54,594 bases of DNA from Candidatus Falkowbacteria bacterium CG10_big_fil_rev_8_21_14_0_10_39_11. Lineage in GTDB: Bacteria > Patescibacteriota > Patescibacteriia > UBA11705. Numbering within the stretch: position 1 is the first letter of the stretch; the number at the start of each line of letters is the position of its first letter. Shown here in pieces: positions 28,290 through 39,106 of this stretch. The position numbers and the translations under genes are program-made. The stretch covers positions 1 through 54,594 of the forward strand of contig PFAP01000002.1 of NCBI GenBank assembly GCA_002773615.1, written 5' to 3'. The notes beneath the pieces were generated by a model that was not told the origin of the DNA, ran no database searches, and saw nothing but the letters and a program-made list of their open reading frames with translations.

Positions 28290-28324
28290 AAGATCCAAGC
28301 AACCGCTTGGATCTTTTCCCTTTT
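28290..28324 (+). terminator. intrinsic terminator
   Basis: AAGATCCAAGC-AACC-GCTTGGATCTT followed by a pyrimidine run. Confidence 0.8.
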
Positions 28325-28552
28325 AAATAATTCTAAGAAGTAAGGCATTATACTTAATGAATTGTCATTGAAGCTTTGCTGGGCTTATCTTATTGCTGAA
28401 TAATTTATCCTTTTATTTTTTTATGATGTTTATTGACTTTAGGCTATCTTGATTGTATGATAAAAATAGAGCTATTTCACTAACAGAGCAATCATCTGCT
28501 GGGAGGCGCAGATTGAGACTCTATCAATGCACGTACTTTCTCGGAGGTGACC

Positions 28553-29146
28553 ATGTCTAAAGAAAAATGTGAGCCTGGTCGTTTTTTTAGAGTCACCGAT
28601 GACTTCTGGCGGGATCTACTATCGAGACAAATGAAGTTCCACCAAGGTGTTGATGGCTTTGATATCGCCGAAATTTTTTCGGCTCGAGACAGACGCCTGG
28701 TGTTCATGGTTCCTAGATTGTCGAGCGACATTGGCGCCATTGATATGAAGCTGGTGCAAAGTATTGTGTCAAGTCCAAGTCAGTGTCAGGACTTTGATCG
28801 TATTCCTTTCTCTGTGCAAATTTTGAAAACGGTTGGGTTGGTTTATTTCGTGCAGATGACGGTTGATGATTTGAAGGTTGCGGTATTAATTGCAGTGCCC
28901 TATTCCAAATATAGCCAGGAATATGATGGATATATTGGTTTTATTAAATTGGATAAGGTCAAGTGGTCGGATGTAGGGAAAATTGAATTTGATTCTGATG
29001 ACCATTCTATGGTTTATCGAGATTATGTGTCTGGTGATATGGAAATATGTCTGATGGTCAAGAAAGAACACAAGGACACTAGAATCTCCTTGTCACCATC
29101 CATTAGCATGAGTACAGATGGCCGGAGATTTATTCGAGTATCATAA
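28553..29146 (+). CDS. hypothetical protein
   Basis: GGAGGTG SD before ATG 28553; terminator CAGACT..AGTCTG follows. Confidence 0.7.
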   Translation: MSKEKCEPGRFFRVTDDFWRDLLSRQMKFHQGVDGFDIAEIFSARDRRLVFMVPRLSSDIGAIDMKLVQSIVSSPSQCQDFDRIPFSVQILKTVGLVYFVQMTVDDLKVAVLIAVPYSKYSQEYDGYIGFIKLDKVKWSDVGKIEFDSDDHSMVYRDYVSGDMEICLMVKKEHKDTRISLSPSISMSTDGRRFIRVS

Positions 29147-29271
29147 AACAGACTTTAATTAGAGTCTGTCTTTTTATTCTTAAAAAGGTATAAGTTTTAT
29201 TTACAAAGTTATAGTTGAAACGGTTGAGAAATTTTTGTAAATGATAATCAGTGTTGAGTTGTTTTGTAAGG

Positions 29272-29718
29272 TTAGATGTGTTTTAAAATAATATCTAGAG
29301 AACCATGGCGACGTGGGTGAATGACTTTTTTCAGTTCATCTTTGTTTACCCATTTTATCTGGTCGGCTTCGTGACTTTTTTCTAAATGAAAGTCAGAGTC
29401 TGTGCCGTTAAAGTTTAAGATGAATATGGTTTGCTCTTGGCCAATATAGCCTTCTTTTTTATAATAATCTTTTTTTAAGGTGTGGTCCGGCCAGTCATAG
29501 CGGTGAGTTTGTTCCAGTTGGTGTTTGATTGACAAAAATTTTGCATCAACACCCAGTTCTTCTGAAGCTTCGCGAATGACTGCTTGTTCGGCGGTTTCAC
29601 CGGCATCAATCCCCCCTTGAGGGAGTTGCCAATGATCGAATCGAGGATTGTGTTGAATTAAAATTTTGTCATCTTTGGTGACCACGGCGAGAACATTTGG
29701 GCGATATTTTTTTATCAT
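29272..29718 (-). CDS. NUDIX hydrolase (RppH-like)
   Basis: YRPNV start, WQLPQGGID.GE....A..RE..EELG Nudix box, GQEQ. Confidence 0.9.
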   Translation of the reverse strand: MIKKYRPNVLAVVTKDDKILIQHNPRFDHWQLPQGGIDAGETAEQAVIREASEELGVDAKFLSIKHQLEQTHRYDWPDHTLKKDYYKKEGYIGQEQTIFILNFNGTDSDFHLEKSHEADQIKWVNKDELKKVIHPRRHGSLDIILKHI

Positions 29719-29765
29719 ACTATTATTTATATAATATTGTATGTTTATTGTTACAACAAATTGAC

Positions 29766-30509
29766 CTATGATGAGATGGTTCTGTCTTTTGAGTGTTTTA
29801 AACACGTTAATGGGAAGATGATTACCGCGTTGACAATGCGGTTGATTCGTTTGGGTTGTTTGATTAAGCGAAAGAGCCACTCCAGGCCAAGCGAGCGAAG
29901 TGCTTGCGGCGCTCGAGTTTGTTTGCCGGTCAAAAAATCAAAGCTGCCACCGACTCCGATACCGATTTTGGCTGGAATTTTTTGTATTCGTAGTTCATCA
30001 AGTAATTTTTCTTGAGTTGGAGCTCCGTGAGTGGTGAAGATTATGTCAGGTTTGGTGGTCTGTAGATGTTCAATTAACCCCTCTGTTATCTCCCCTATTT
30101 TGTATCCATGAAGTTTAAGGTTTGGGTATGTGCTTGACACTGAGTCTTTGATCTCTTTTAGTGTGGACAGTGAATTGGGGTGGTTGATCACAAAAATGGT
30201 CAATTTTTTATCATTGGCAACTTGCAACAAATGTTTGGTTATATCTGAACCGGTGTGTCGATGATTAATTTTTTCTCCTGATAGAAATGCGCCAATTTTG
30301 AGACCAAAGCCATCGGGCAAGTTCAAGTTTGATCGGTTTAAAATGTTTTGGTATTCATTATTTCTATGAGCTTGTAGGCAGATTTCCGGATTGGGGGTAA
30401 AGATTAATTTTAGTTCTTCTTGATGTAAGAAACCAGCAAGTGTTTCTAATAGTTCGATTCGAGACAGGTTGTGAATTTTGCTGCCCAGAATTGTGATTGC
30501 TTTTGTCAT
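29766..30509 (-). CDS. WecB/TagA/CpsF family glycosyltransferase
   Basis: TPNPE, PDGFG, GAPTQE, GVGGSFD, RAP, GLEWLFRL. Confidence 0.93.
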   Translation of the reverse strand: MTKAITILGSKIHNLSRIELLETLAGFLHQEELKLIFTPNPEICLQAHRNNEYQNILNRSNLNLPDGFGLKIGAFLSGEKINHRHTGSDITKHLLQVANDKKLTIFVINHPNSLSTLKEIKDSVSSTYPNLKLHGYKIGEITEGLIEHLQTTKPDIIFTTHGAPTQEKLLDELRIQKIPAKIGIGVGGSFDFLTGKQTRAPQALRSLGLEWLFRLIKQPKRINRIVNAVIIFPLTCLKHSKDRTISS

Positions 30510-30653
30510 AGGTAATATTGTTGGTTATAGTATATATTAATTATTTGATAACTTCAACATTTATTGATTGTGATTTGAGGTGGACTTTAGTATAATGTAT
30601 ATATAAACAGGTGTCCATACTGTTTGCTAACCTGAGCCGGAAAGGAGTCTGTT

Positions 30654-30869
30654 ATGCTCAGGGGAGAATATTTGCCGTGTCTGAATTGCGTCCATTATGC
30701 TAGGTGCACATGGTCGCGAAATCAGAAACTCTGTCCTGGCTTCCGGAAGGTATTGTCTTCGGAACGCCTTGAGGAGAATCGTTGTGCCGCAGCAAAAAGG
30801 TTGCAACGTGATCCCAGGTCAGCATTGTCTCTGGCCAAATGGCTTCATTTGGCACAGGACATGCACTGA
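30654..30869 (+). CDS. small Cys-rich protein (possible metal-binding)
   Basis: CxxC-x5-C-x8-C pattern, AAAGGAG SD. Confidence 0.55.
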   Translation: MLRGEYLPCLNCVHYARCTWSRNQKLCPGFRKVLSSERLEENRCAAAKRLQRDPRSALSLAKWLHLAQDMH

Positions 30870-31007
30870 CAACAACAAAAGAGCTGGCTTAATACGCGAG
30901 CTCTTTGACTTGGATGTAATTTCAGCGTTTAATTGAAACACTTGACAAAAAATAAAATAAATGATATATTTGTTAAAAATTAGGAACAACAACAATAGGA
31001 GGATGAT

Positions 31008-31394
31008 ATGTCGTGGGTTCATCCGAAGATTGAAAGAATTGGTCGGCCAGCTTTGATATTATTGCCAAAGTTCAAGGTTGATGATAATAACTTCGGGTGT
31101 AATGGTAAAACACCAGATCAAATGGTTCGGAAGTTTTTATCGAAAAATCATGGTGCGTTTACACTTATGGGCACGACCTTTCATGGTGAATGGAAGGATC
31201 ACGATGGTAAGCTTCATTCAGATGTTCATATCGGATATAGAGTGTCATTTATTTGTCCGGTGAAAAATGATGGCGGGCGTGATTTTTCTAATTTAGATTT
31301 GTTGATTGATTTTCTGTCGAAGTTGTGTGCAAATATGATGGAGCTTTGTTTGTATGCTGAGTTTGGCGAAGAAGCGGTTTTAATTTATCCCTGA
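31008..31394 (+). CDS. hypothetical protein
   Basis: AGGAGG SD; promoter TTGACA 30942 / TATATT 30965; terminator ACTAGTG..CACTAGT plus T-run. Confidence 0.7.
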   Translation: MSWVHPKIERIGRPALILLPKFKVDDNNFGCNGKTPDQMVRKFLSKNHGAFTLMGTTFHGEWKDHDGKLHSDVHIGYRVSFICPVKNDGGRDFSNLDLLIDFLSKLCANMMELCLYAEFGEEAVLIYP

Positions 31395-31455
31395 AGAAAT
31401 GATGGTTACTTCATCTTTAGTACTACTAGTGTAATTCACTAGTTTTTTGTTTGAC

Positions 31456-31514
31456 TTGACATGGTCTGGTATTGGGTTATAATTGATTTAGCACTCACGT
31501 TGATTGACTGCTAA
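31456..31514 (+). promoter_or_regulatory. clpB promoter and CIRCE (HrcA) operator
   Basis: TTGACA 31456, TATAAT 31478; TTAGCACTC-N9-GACTGCTAA at 31488-31514, one mismatch to consensus. Confidence 0.88.
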
Positions 31515-31535
31515 TAATATATAAATTTATACAAT

Positions 31536-34166
31536 ATGGATATCAATAAGTTTACCACCAAGTCACAAGAAGCGTTACAAGCTGCTCAAGCTTTGACTTT
31601 TGAATTGAAACACGCTCAAGTAGACGTGTCTCATTTACTTTATGCCCTACTTGATCAGGATCAAAGTATTGTAACTGTACTTTTAAAAAATCTTGAAATT
31701 GACATTCTCGGTTTAATGAATGAGGTTGATTTATTTTTGAAACAAATTCCAAAATCGGTGGTAGAAAATGTCACTAATGGACAAGTGATGGTAACCGCTG
31801 AAATGAATTTTGTTTTGGTTACTTCAGAAAAAATGGCTAAAAAGATGGGTGACGATTATGTCAGCACAGAGCATTTATTTTTGGCGTTACTCAGCATTGA
31901 ATCATCAATGAAAAAGATAATGGAATATTATGCGATTGATGAAAAGGTGGTACTGGATGAACTCAAAAAACTGCGGGGAGCTCAGAAGGTAGATTCGCGA
32001 GAACCTGAAGCGAAGTATCAGGCGCTTGAAAAGTATGCGGTTAATTTGACCGATATGGCCAGACAAGAAAAATTGGACCCGATCATTGGTCGAGATGAAG
32101 AGATTCGAAGGATTTTGCAGGTTTTGTCACGACGAACCAAAAATAATCCGGTATTGATTGGGGAACCAGGAACAGGTAAAACAGCGGTCGTAGAAGGTTT
32201 GGCACAACGAATTGTTTCTGGTGACGTGCCTGAAAATTTGAAAAATAAAGAAGTGTTGTCTATTGATATTGGATCTTTGATTGCAGGGGCAAAATTTCGA
32301 GGTGAATTCGAAGATCGATTAAAGTCGGTTCTGAAAGAAATTAAAGCCTCTGGTGATAAGTACATTATTTTTATTGATGAGCTGCATACAATTGTTGGAG
32401 CTGGTGCGACCGAAGGAGCGATTGATGCTTCAAATATGCTGAAACCGGCTTTGGCGCGAGGTGAACTTCGTTGTGTGGGTGCGACGACAATCAAAGAATA
32501 CCAAAAATATATTGAAAAAGATTCGGCTCTTGAACGTCGGTTTCAACCAGTTAAAATTGAAGAACCCAATGTTGAAGATACGATTGCAATTTTGAGAGGG
32601 ATTAAAGAAAAATATGAAATTCATCACGGTGTTAGAATTACAGATGATGCGATTGTTATGGCGGCCAAGTTGTCTGATCGGTATATTACCGAAAGATTTT
32701 TACCGGATAAAGCAATTGACCTCATTGACGAAGCCACATCCGCTCTTCGAATTGAATTGAATAGTATGCCAACAGAATTGGATCAAGCCAAGAGGTCTTT
32801 AATGAAACTTGAAATTGAAAAAAGTGCTTTGGAGAAGGAAAAAACAACCAAAGCAAAAAATAGATTACTTGATATTAAAAAAGAAATCGCTGAGATAAAA
32901 GAAAAAACTAAAGAGCTTGAATTGCATTGGAACAAAGAGAAGGAAATTATCACCTCAATGCAAGAAGGACAAAAAGAAGTTGATAAATTGAAACAAGAGG
33001 CAGAAATTCTTGAACGACAATCTGAATTTGATAAGGTGGCTGAGATTCGTTACGGTAAGATACCAGCTTTGGAGAAAAAAATAATTTCGAGCCGAGAAAA
33101 ATTACGTAAATTGCAAACCGGTCCGCGAGGAAAGCAAATTTTGAAGGAAGAAGTGGATGAGGAAGATATTGCTGACGTGTTGTCAAAATGGACTGGAATT
33201 CCAGTTGTCAAAATGCTTCAAACTGAATCTGAACGATTGGCTAAGGCAGAAGACGTGTTGGCTGGTAGAGTTATCGGTCAAAAACCGGCGATTGGTTCAG
33301 TCTCGAACGCTTTGAGACGATCTCGAGCCGGTTTGTCAGAAGAAAATAAGCCCATCGGATCATTTTTATTTATGGGGCCAACCGGTGTGGGTAAGACGGA
33401 ATTGGCTAAAGCCTTGGCTGAATTTATGTTTGATGACGAAGAAGCGATTATACGGGTTGACATGAGTGAATATATGGAAAAGCACGCTGTTTCGAAATTT
33501 ATTGGATCCCCTCCTGGATATGTTGGTTATGAAGAGGGTGGACAACTGACTGAACAAGTGAGGCGAAAGCCATATTCAGTGATTTTATTTGATGAAATCG
33601 AAAAGGCTCACCCAGAAGTGTTTAATTCATTGCTTCAAATGCTAGATGATGGCCAGTTGACCGACGCTAAAGGAAGAAAAGTTAATTTTAAAAATACCAT
33701 CATTATCATGACCAGTAATATTGGTAGTGATTTAATTCTCAGTTCATCAACCAAGTCTTCACTCGGATTCGGTGAAGAAAAAACAGAAATTCAGAAAGCG
33801 GATGATGTTCGTGAACGAATTATGAAATTGCTTCAAGAACAGTTGAAACCGGAGTTTTTGAATCGAATAGATGAGATTATTATGTTTGATGCCCTTAGTC
33901 GCGATGATATTCGTAAAATTGTTGATTTGCAACTGGCAAAAGTCGCTAAACGGTTAAAAGAAAAGGAATTGAATATTGAATTTACAGATCAACTCAAGGA
34001 TATGTTGGCGGTCGAAGGATATGACCCGGCCTATGGGGCTCGGCCATTGAAGCGATTGATTCAAAATAAAATACTTGATCCCCTAGCCCTTCAGATTATC
34101 GAGGGCAAGATTAAAAAGAAAGTAAAAGTTGATTTTACTGACAAGAAAGTGAAATTTGGGAAATAA
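31536..34166 (+). CDS. clpB: ATP-dependent chaperone ClpB
   Basis: two AAA+ modules ([16 protein letters not shown]), coiled-coil M domain, GARPLKR. Confidence 0.97.
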   Translation: MDINKFTTKSQEALQAAQALTFELKHAQVDVSHLLYALLDQDQSIVTVLLKNLEIDILGLMNEVDLFLKQIPKSVVENVTNGQVMVTAEMNFVLVTSEKMAKKMGDDYVSTEHLFLALLSIESSMKKIMEYYAIDEKVVLDELKKLRGAQKVDSREPEAKYQALEKYAVNLTDMARQEKLDPIIGRDEEIRRILQVLSRRTKNNPVLIGEPGTGKTAVVEGLAQRIVSGDVPENLKNKEVLSIDIGSLIAGAKFRGEFEDRLKSVLKEIKASGDKYIIFIDELHTIVGAGATEGAIDASNMLKPALARGELRCVGATTIKEYQKYIEKDSALERRFQPVKIEEPNVEDTIAILRGIKEKYEIHHGVRITDDAIVMAAKLSDRYITERFLPDKAIDLIDEATSALRIELNSMPTELDQAKRSLMKLEIEKSALEKEKTTKAKNRLLDIKKEIAEIKEKTKELELHWNKEKEIITSMQEGQKEVDKLKQEAEILERQSEFDKVAEIRYGKIPALEKKIISSREKLRKLQTGPRGKQILKEEVDEEDIADVLSKWTGIPVVKMLQTESERLAKAEDVLAGRVIGQKPAIGSVSNALRRSRAGLSEENKPIGSFLFMGPTGVGKTELAKALAEFMFDDEEAIIRVDMSEYMEKHAVSKFIGSPPGYVGYEEGGQLTEQVRRKPYSVILFDEIEKAHPEVFNSLLQMLDDGQLTDAKGRKVNFKNTIIIMTSNIGSDLILSSSTKSSLGFGEEKTEIQKADDVRERIMKLLQEQLKPEFLNRIDEIIMFDALSRDDIRKIVDLQLAKVAKRLKEKELNIEFTDQLKDMLAVEGYDPAYGARPLKRLIQNKILDPLALQIIEGKIKKKVKVDFTDKKVKFGK

Positions 34167-34270
34167 ATTTAATAATAAAAAATGTCATGATTTATGGCAT
34201 TTTTTATATTGACAAAAAATGTATTGTTGTTATACTTCATCGTTCTCCAGTCAACCACCCAGGAGGTAAT

Positions 34271-34894
34271 ATGAGATTGACACCATTGACCGAATGGCCA
34301 CAGACGTGGACTACGGTTGAAAAGTCAAAAAATGCTAAATTGGTGCAGTTTAATCCAGAGACAACGGTCACTTGGTTGGAGGTCTTTTTGATTGGCTTGC
34401 TGTTGCTGGGCTTATTATTTGGTGGTTTTGTGTTTCTTTTTGGTGAGCACAATAACTCACTGGTACCTGCATGGGAATATGTTACACTCGGTGTTTTAGT
34501 CATTTGTGGAGTTCTTGTTGGTGGGATTATGATGTTTCGAGCTATTTATGCTGATAAAAGAATGAAACGGCTTTATACCCAGTATGATGTGGATGAAGCT
34601 AAGTTTATTCAGCAGTTCATGAGATTTTCATATAGGATTAAGATTTTTAATCGGGTCTTTACTGAAACAGATTTAGATGAAGCAAAACTGTCAGTGATGA
34701 CGAATGTTTTTATGAATTTGACCCTTATGTTTTCAGAAACAGAAGACTTTTTGAGTGCGTTGACTATGTTACAACTTCGAAGATTAGAACCAGAATATGT
34801 GGTTGATTGGATTGGGTTGCTTCGGGGCACAATGCTGCAAGACATGAGACTTGTAAATGTAAAATTGGGTGAATTATTGGCGACGCAAGCTTAA
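34271..34894 (+). CDS. membrane protein (2 TM plus helical domain)
   Basis: AGGAGG SD, promoter TTGACA 34209 / TATACT 34231, terminator after the stop. Confidence 0.7.
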   Translation: MRLTPLTEWPQTWTTVEKSKNAKLVQFNPETTVTWLEVFLIGLLLLGLLFGGFVFLFGEHNNSLVPAWEYVTLGVLVICGVLVGGIMMFRAIYADKRMKRLYTQYDVDEAKFIQQFMRFSYRIKIFNRVFTETDLDEAKLSVMTNVFMNLTLMFSETEDFLSALTMLQLRRLEPEYVVDWIGLLRGTMLQDMRLVNVKLGELLATQA

Positions 34895-35001
34895 CTATCG
34901 ATAATATCGATGGTTTTTTTATTGATAGTAAAAGATTTTTTGTGTAGATTTAATTATTGAGGCTACCATTGTATTATCACTACACGGTAGGCGGAAGTTG
35001 A

Positions 35002-35277
35002 ATGAAATTTTCGACTTTAAAGCTGTTGGATTTTTCGATTTCTGATGTCGACAAGGAAAACTTGAAACTGATTCGATTGCGGCAAAATCAGAGTAATCAA
35101 CCATATATCTTGACGGTGATTTTTATGGTGCTGGTTGTGGCCGGTGCGGTTGGTTTTATTTCGGCGATAGTTGGTGGTGAATTTGTCATCGATCCGGAAC
35201 GTATTGTTGTGGTGATCATGATCAAGGATTATAAAAAACCATCTCTGTACGCCGCAATTCTTCTCTGCAAAAGGTGA
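35002..35277 (+). CDS. membrane protein (possibly the 5' half of a split gene)
   Basis: TM helix; overlaps the next ORF by 4 nt. Confidence 0.5.
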   Translation: MKFSTLKLLDFSISDVDKENLKLIRLRQNQSNQPYILTVIFMVLVVAGAVGFISAIVGGEFVIDPERIVVVIMIKDYKKPSLYAAILLCKR

Positions 35278-35705
35278 ATACAGCTATTCTTAGTCATCGA
35301 GTTGATCTTTTGAATGGCATGATCGGTGAATATAATGATCTGGTTGTTAGTTTGAATTTGCAAAGTGGAGATTACGACTTGTTCCGTGAATTGTCGGCTG
35401 CGATTTTGCAGGTAATTGCTCAGGTGGAAGTGGTAAAAAATATGATTACAGGTACAGTCTTTGATAATTTGGAAATAGGTGCAGTCAAGACTGCTGTTTC
35501 TTTGCTTATGGTTAATTCAGTCGAGATCTTTGACAAAATGTATAAGACTTTGAAGGGATTAAATGATGATAATGGTACAAATGATCAGAGTGGTGTAGAT
35601 GATCTGGCTGGTACAAATGATCAGACAGATAAATATTATCAGAATGATAGAAAAGAAAGGAAGGTTAAGAGGGTAAAGAAGGGTAAGCGGGTGAGAGGAA
35701 AATGA
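35274..35705 (+). CDS. helical protein with basic tail (possibly the 3' half of a split gene)
   Basis: GTG start, no SD; duplicated GTNDQ; K/R-rich end; terminator follows. Confidence 0.5.
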   Translation: MNTAILSHRVDLLNGMIGEYNDLVVSLNLQSGDYDLFRELSAAILQVIAQVEVVKNMITGTVFDNLEIGAVKTAVSLLMVNSVEIFDKMYKTLKGLNDDNGTNDQSGVDDLAGTNDQTDKYYQNDRKERKVKRVKKGKRVRGK

Positions 35706-35825
35706 ACTATCAGTAAAACTGGTAGTTTTTTGTAATAGTAACTCTGGAAACGATGCCAAAATGTAATGATTTTTACGAAAATTCAGTAGTGTTACGCATT
35801 ACGAATGACATGTGGTATAATTTAA

Positions 35826-37220
35826 ATGAAATCAAATACATTTATGAGAAAAAGAATAGTAGCTGTGATTACTGGTATTTTTGTTGTAATGGGGTCGTTT
35901 ATCCCCTATTATACTACCAAAGCTGTTGAATTTAATCGTCATCTGATAATTTCTGATCAACAGATGTATGATTCATCGGCCATGACGCTAGCGGAGATCC
36001 AAAAATTTTTAGAATTAAAAAATTCATATTTGGCTACATTAAATTTGCCGGATGTTGATGGTGTGATTAAGTCATCAGCGGCGATTATCGAAGCGACGGC
36101 CAAGCGTCAGGGAGTGAATCCAAAAGTAATTTTGGTCATGTTGCAAAAAGAACAGAGTTTAGTCGAAGATCCCAACCCAACGCCAAAGCAAATCGATTGG
36201 GCCATGGGGTATGCTGTTTGTGACAGTTGTAGCATGAACGATCCGCTGTTATTGATTTATAAAGGTTTTGCAACTCAGGTTGACAAGTCCATGGCAAGAC
36301 TTAGGTGGTATAGTGAAAATCCTACTGCTTATAAAACGGTGGGGCAAAATTATCTAATTGATGGTCAAGACGTCACACCACTGTCACAGGCTACAGCCAA
36401 TTTGTACAGTTATACACCCCACATTCACGGTAATTATTTGTTCTGGAAAATTTGGCAGCGATGGTTTAAACAATATTATCCAGACGGTTCATTGTTAAAG
36501 TCATATGATTCATCAACCGTTTGGCTTATTCAGTTTGGTGAAAAGCGGGCTTTTGTCAGTATGTCGTCGTTGATTTCGAGATATGATCCAAAAAGAATTT
36601 TGACAGTGACTAATGAAGAATTGGAAAAGTATGAGGTTGGAGCGCCAATCAAATATCCCAATTATTCTTTGTTAAAAGAATCTAATGGAGCTATCTATTT
36701 GTTAGTAAACGATACGATCAAGCATATTGATTCAATGGAAACGTTTAGATCTTTGGGCTTTAATCCGTTAGAATTGATTGATGTTCAGAGTGGAGATCTT
36801 GATAGTTATGAGCTCGGGACAGAAATTACGATGAAAAGTGCTTATCCAATGGGGGCATTATTGCAAAATAATGAGTCAGGAGCGGTGTATTTCGTGCAAA
36901 ATGGAGAGAAACATCCATTGATTGCAATAGAAATTATGCGTATAAATTACGCGAATTATCGAGTTATTCCAGTGGATCCGATTGAGCTTGAAAAATTTGA
37001 TGATGGTGCTATGATAAAATATCAGGAAGGAACGTTACTAAAGAGTTTAGACGCGCCAATTGTGTATGTGGTATCGGCTGGAACCAAGAGACCGATTGTT
37101 TCCGGTGACGTTTTTGAGAAGTTGGGTTATGCCTGGGCTGATATCCATGAAGTATCTGCTGGGTCTCTCGACGTGTTGCCAATTGGTCAAAGTGTGGACT
37201 TATCATTTAAAGAGGATTAA
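35826..37220 (+). CDS. secreted/cell-surface protein with CPR-type repeats
   Basis: signal peptide; NPKVILVMLQKEQSL and LYSYTPH in the N-domain; four G.LLK....VY.I...K..I repeats. Confidence 0.85.
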   Translation: MKSNTFMRKRIVAVITGIFVVMGSFIPYYTTKAVEFNRHLIISDQQMYDSSAMTLAEIQKFLELKNSYLATLNLPDVDGVIKSSAAIIEATAKRQGVNPKVILVMLQKEQSLVEDPNPTPKQIDWAMGYAVCDSCSMNDPLLLIYKGFATQVDKSMARLRWYSENPTAYKTVGQNYLIDGQDVTPLSQATANLYSYTPHIHGNYLFWKIWQRWFKQYYPDGSLLKSYDSSTVWLIQFGEKRAFVSMSSLISRYDPKRILTVTNEELEKYEVGAPIKYPNYSLLKESNGAIYLLVNDTIKHIDSMETFRSLGFNPLELIDVQSGDLDSYELGTEITMKSAYPMGALLQNNESGAVYFVQNGEKHPLIAIEIMRINYANYRVIPVDPIELEKFDDGAMIKYQEGTLLKSLDAPIVYVVSAGTKRPIVSGDVFEKLGYAWADIHEVSAGSLDVLPIGQSVDLSFKED

Positions 37221-37280
37221 GGTTGTAAGTTAAACGATTAGCCGTTTGATTACGTAATTCATGATTCATTAATGTTATAT

Positions 37281-38069
37281 ATGGTTGTATTTGCTGCGGT
37301 TGTACCGCATCCCCCACTAATTATACCCAGTGTGGGAAAAGACAATGTAGAAAAATTACAAAAGACGCAAAAGGCTTTGGATATTTTGATGAGAGAATTT
37401 GAAGCACAAAAGCCGGATACGGTGATTGTCTTTTCACCTCACGGTGATGTGTATCCTGATGCTTTTACCATCAATACGTTGCCAGAGTATGATTTGAATT
37501 TTGAAGATTTTGGTGATTTTGAAACCAGAATGAAATTTTCTGGTGATATTGGTTTGATTAATAAATTTCGTGAACGAGTCGAAACCACACTTCCTTTGAT
37601 CTTAAAATCTGAACCGGTTTTGGATTATGGTATCGGCATCCCATTGTTTTTACTTGGACAAAATTATAAAGACTTCAAGATTATTCCGGTCAATTCATCA
37701 CTGTTAGATTTTGAACAACACATAGCTTTTGGCGAAGCGTTGAAAGAAGCGATTTTTTCTGACAATAAAAGAGTGGCAATAATTGCATCCGCTGACCTTA
37801 GTCACAAGTTGACAAAAAAAGCCCCGGCCGGTTTTTCTCCCAAGGCTCGCGAATTTGATAAAAAAGTGATTCAATATTTGAAACAACAAAAAGTTGATCA
37901 GATGCTACAGTTTGATAATGAAACCTTGAATGATGCGCAGGAGTGTGGATTGAGACCGATTTTGATGCTACTGGGAGTAATTAAAAATATGAATTATGAT
38001 TTTCAAGTGCTAAGTTACGAATCACCTTTTGGGGTTGGCTATTTGGTTGGTGAATGTAAGTTTAAATAA
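37281..38069 (+). CDS. AmmeMemoRadiSam system protein B / LigB-MEMO1 family protein
   Basis: VPHPP, SPH, ASADLSH, ECG, YESPFGVGY. Confidence 0.9.
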   Translation: MVVFAAVVPHPPLIIPSVGKDNVEKLQKTQKALDILMREFEAQKPDTVIVFSPHGDVYPDAFTINTLPEYDLNFEDFGDFETRMKFSGDIGLINKFRERVETTLPLILKSEPVLDYGIGIPLFLLGQNYKDFKIIPVNSSLLDFEQHIAFGEALKEAIFSDNKRVAIIASADLSHKLTKKAPAGFSPKAREFDKKVIQYLKQQKVDQMLQFDNETLNDAQECGLRPILMLLGVIKNMNYDFQVLSYESPFGVGYLVGECKFK

Positions 38070-38225
38070 TGAAAAATTTACAAAATATATTTTAGTTTTT
38101 TAACAAAGTTTAATGGTAGTATCTTTACAATTTTAAAATTAGATATCAAACCATGAAGTACATGCCTTCCAGTTGAATTTCTGGGATCCCGCATGACTTC
38201 GGGGCAAATAAGGCAGGAGGCTGTT

Positions 38226-39023
38226 ATGGATGATCTTGCAGGTGCACTATGTGGCTTGCTGGTTGTGGTGGCAATTGTCGGAGCAATTGTACAAGCCATT
38301 TTAAATATTATGAAGATGGTTTTGTTAATTGTGGCATTTGGAGCGGCGGCTGCAGTGGTTATTGGGTTGGTGTATCTGTTGGTCGTTTGGGTTATTAATG
38401 TCAGTCGTGAACGAAAATTGCATGAGGCTGAGAAAAAAGAAGCTGATCGTGAGCGAGCTGTCAGGCTGCAGGCCAGGCGTTTGGCTAATGAGCGGGCAGA
38501 AGCCAGATACCAAGCGGCGTCTATTCCCGTTGATACCAATCCGGTGGCATTGAACCCGACCAAGAAGACCGCTTTCCGTATTACAGCCAATGAGTACAAG
38601 CGGATTTTGAAGCAAGCCAAAGATAGAATGATAGATATCAAGAAGCAGGCTCAGAGATTGCCGGCGGCTTTCAATGATTTTCTTCTTAAAGGTGAGGAAA
38701 TGGTTGAAGGTTCTTTACCGAACCTGTACCGAATGAATGGAGAGTTTGCAGACCAATTGGACCAGATTACGCCGAATGATAGAGCCTTTCTGGATCGTAA
38801 TGCTGACAAGAAAGTGGCTGAGGATGAAATTGAGGGGTTGGCTCAGAAGTCTCAACAAGCAATCAGAGATGTGCCGGCTATTTTACAAGCTTGGTTGATG
38901 CATATGAGTACCTTTACTCCGGGGTGTGCCTGTGCAGACATTATTGATAGAATGCGTAATGATGATGAGATCGCCATCAAAGTTTCCAGATTGAAGGAAA
39001 TTTATGCTGGGATTCAGATGTAA
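38226..39023 (+). CDS. membrane-anchored helical protein, paralog 1 (XpaC-like)
   Basis: N-terminal TM hairpin, coiled coil, WLMHMSTFTPG; AGGAGG SD. Confidence 0.75.
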   Translation: MDDLAGALCGLLVVVAIVGAIVQAILNIMKMVLLIVAFGAAAAVVIGLVYLLVVWVINVSRERKLHEAEKKEADRERAVRLQARRLANERAEARYQAASIPVDTNPVALNPTKKTAFRITANEYKRILKQAKDRMIDIKKQAQRLPAAFNDFLLKGEEMVEGSLPNLYRMNGEFADQLDQITPNDRAFLDRNADKKVAEDEIEGLAQKSQQAIRDVPAILQAWLMHMSTFTPGCACADIIDRMRNDDEIAIKVSRLKEIYAGIQM

Positions 39024-39106
39024 GCGAATAACATTCGCTTTTTTTGATACTTGAAAAATTTTTGTTTTTGTGGTAAAAGAAAGATAGCAAACAAAAGGAG
39101 GACAAA

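Noticed and set aside
27071-28348. 425-aa antisense ORF and other alternative-frame ORFs over the GC-rich gene
   Set aside because: In-register shadow expected from high GC3; promoters, SD and terminator all point to the + strand ORF
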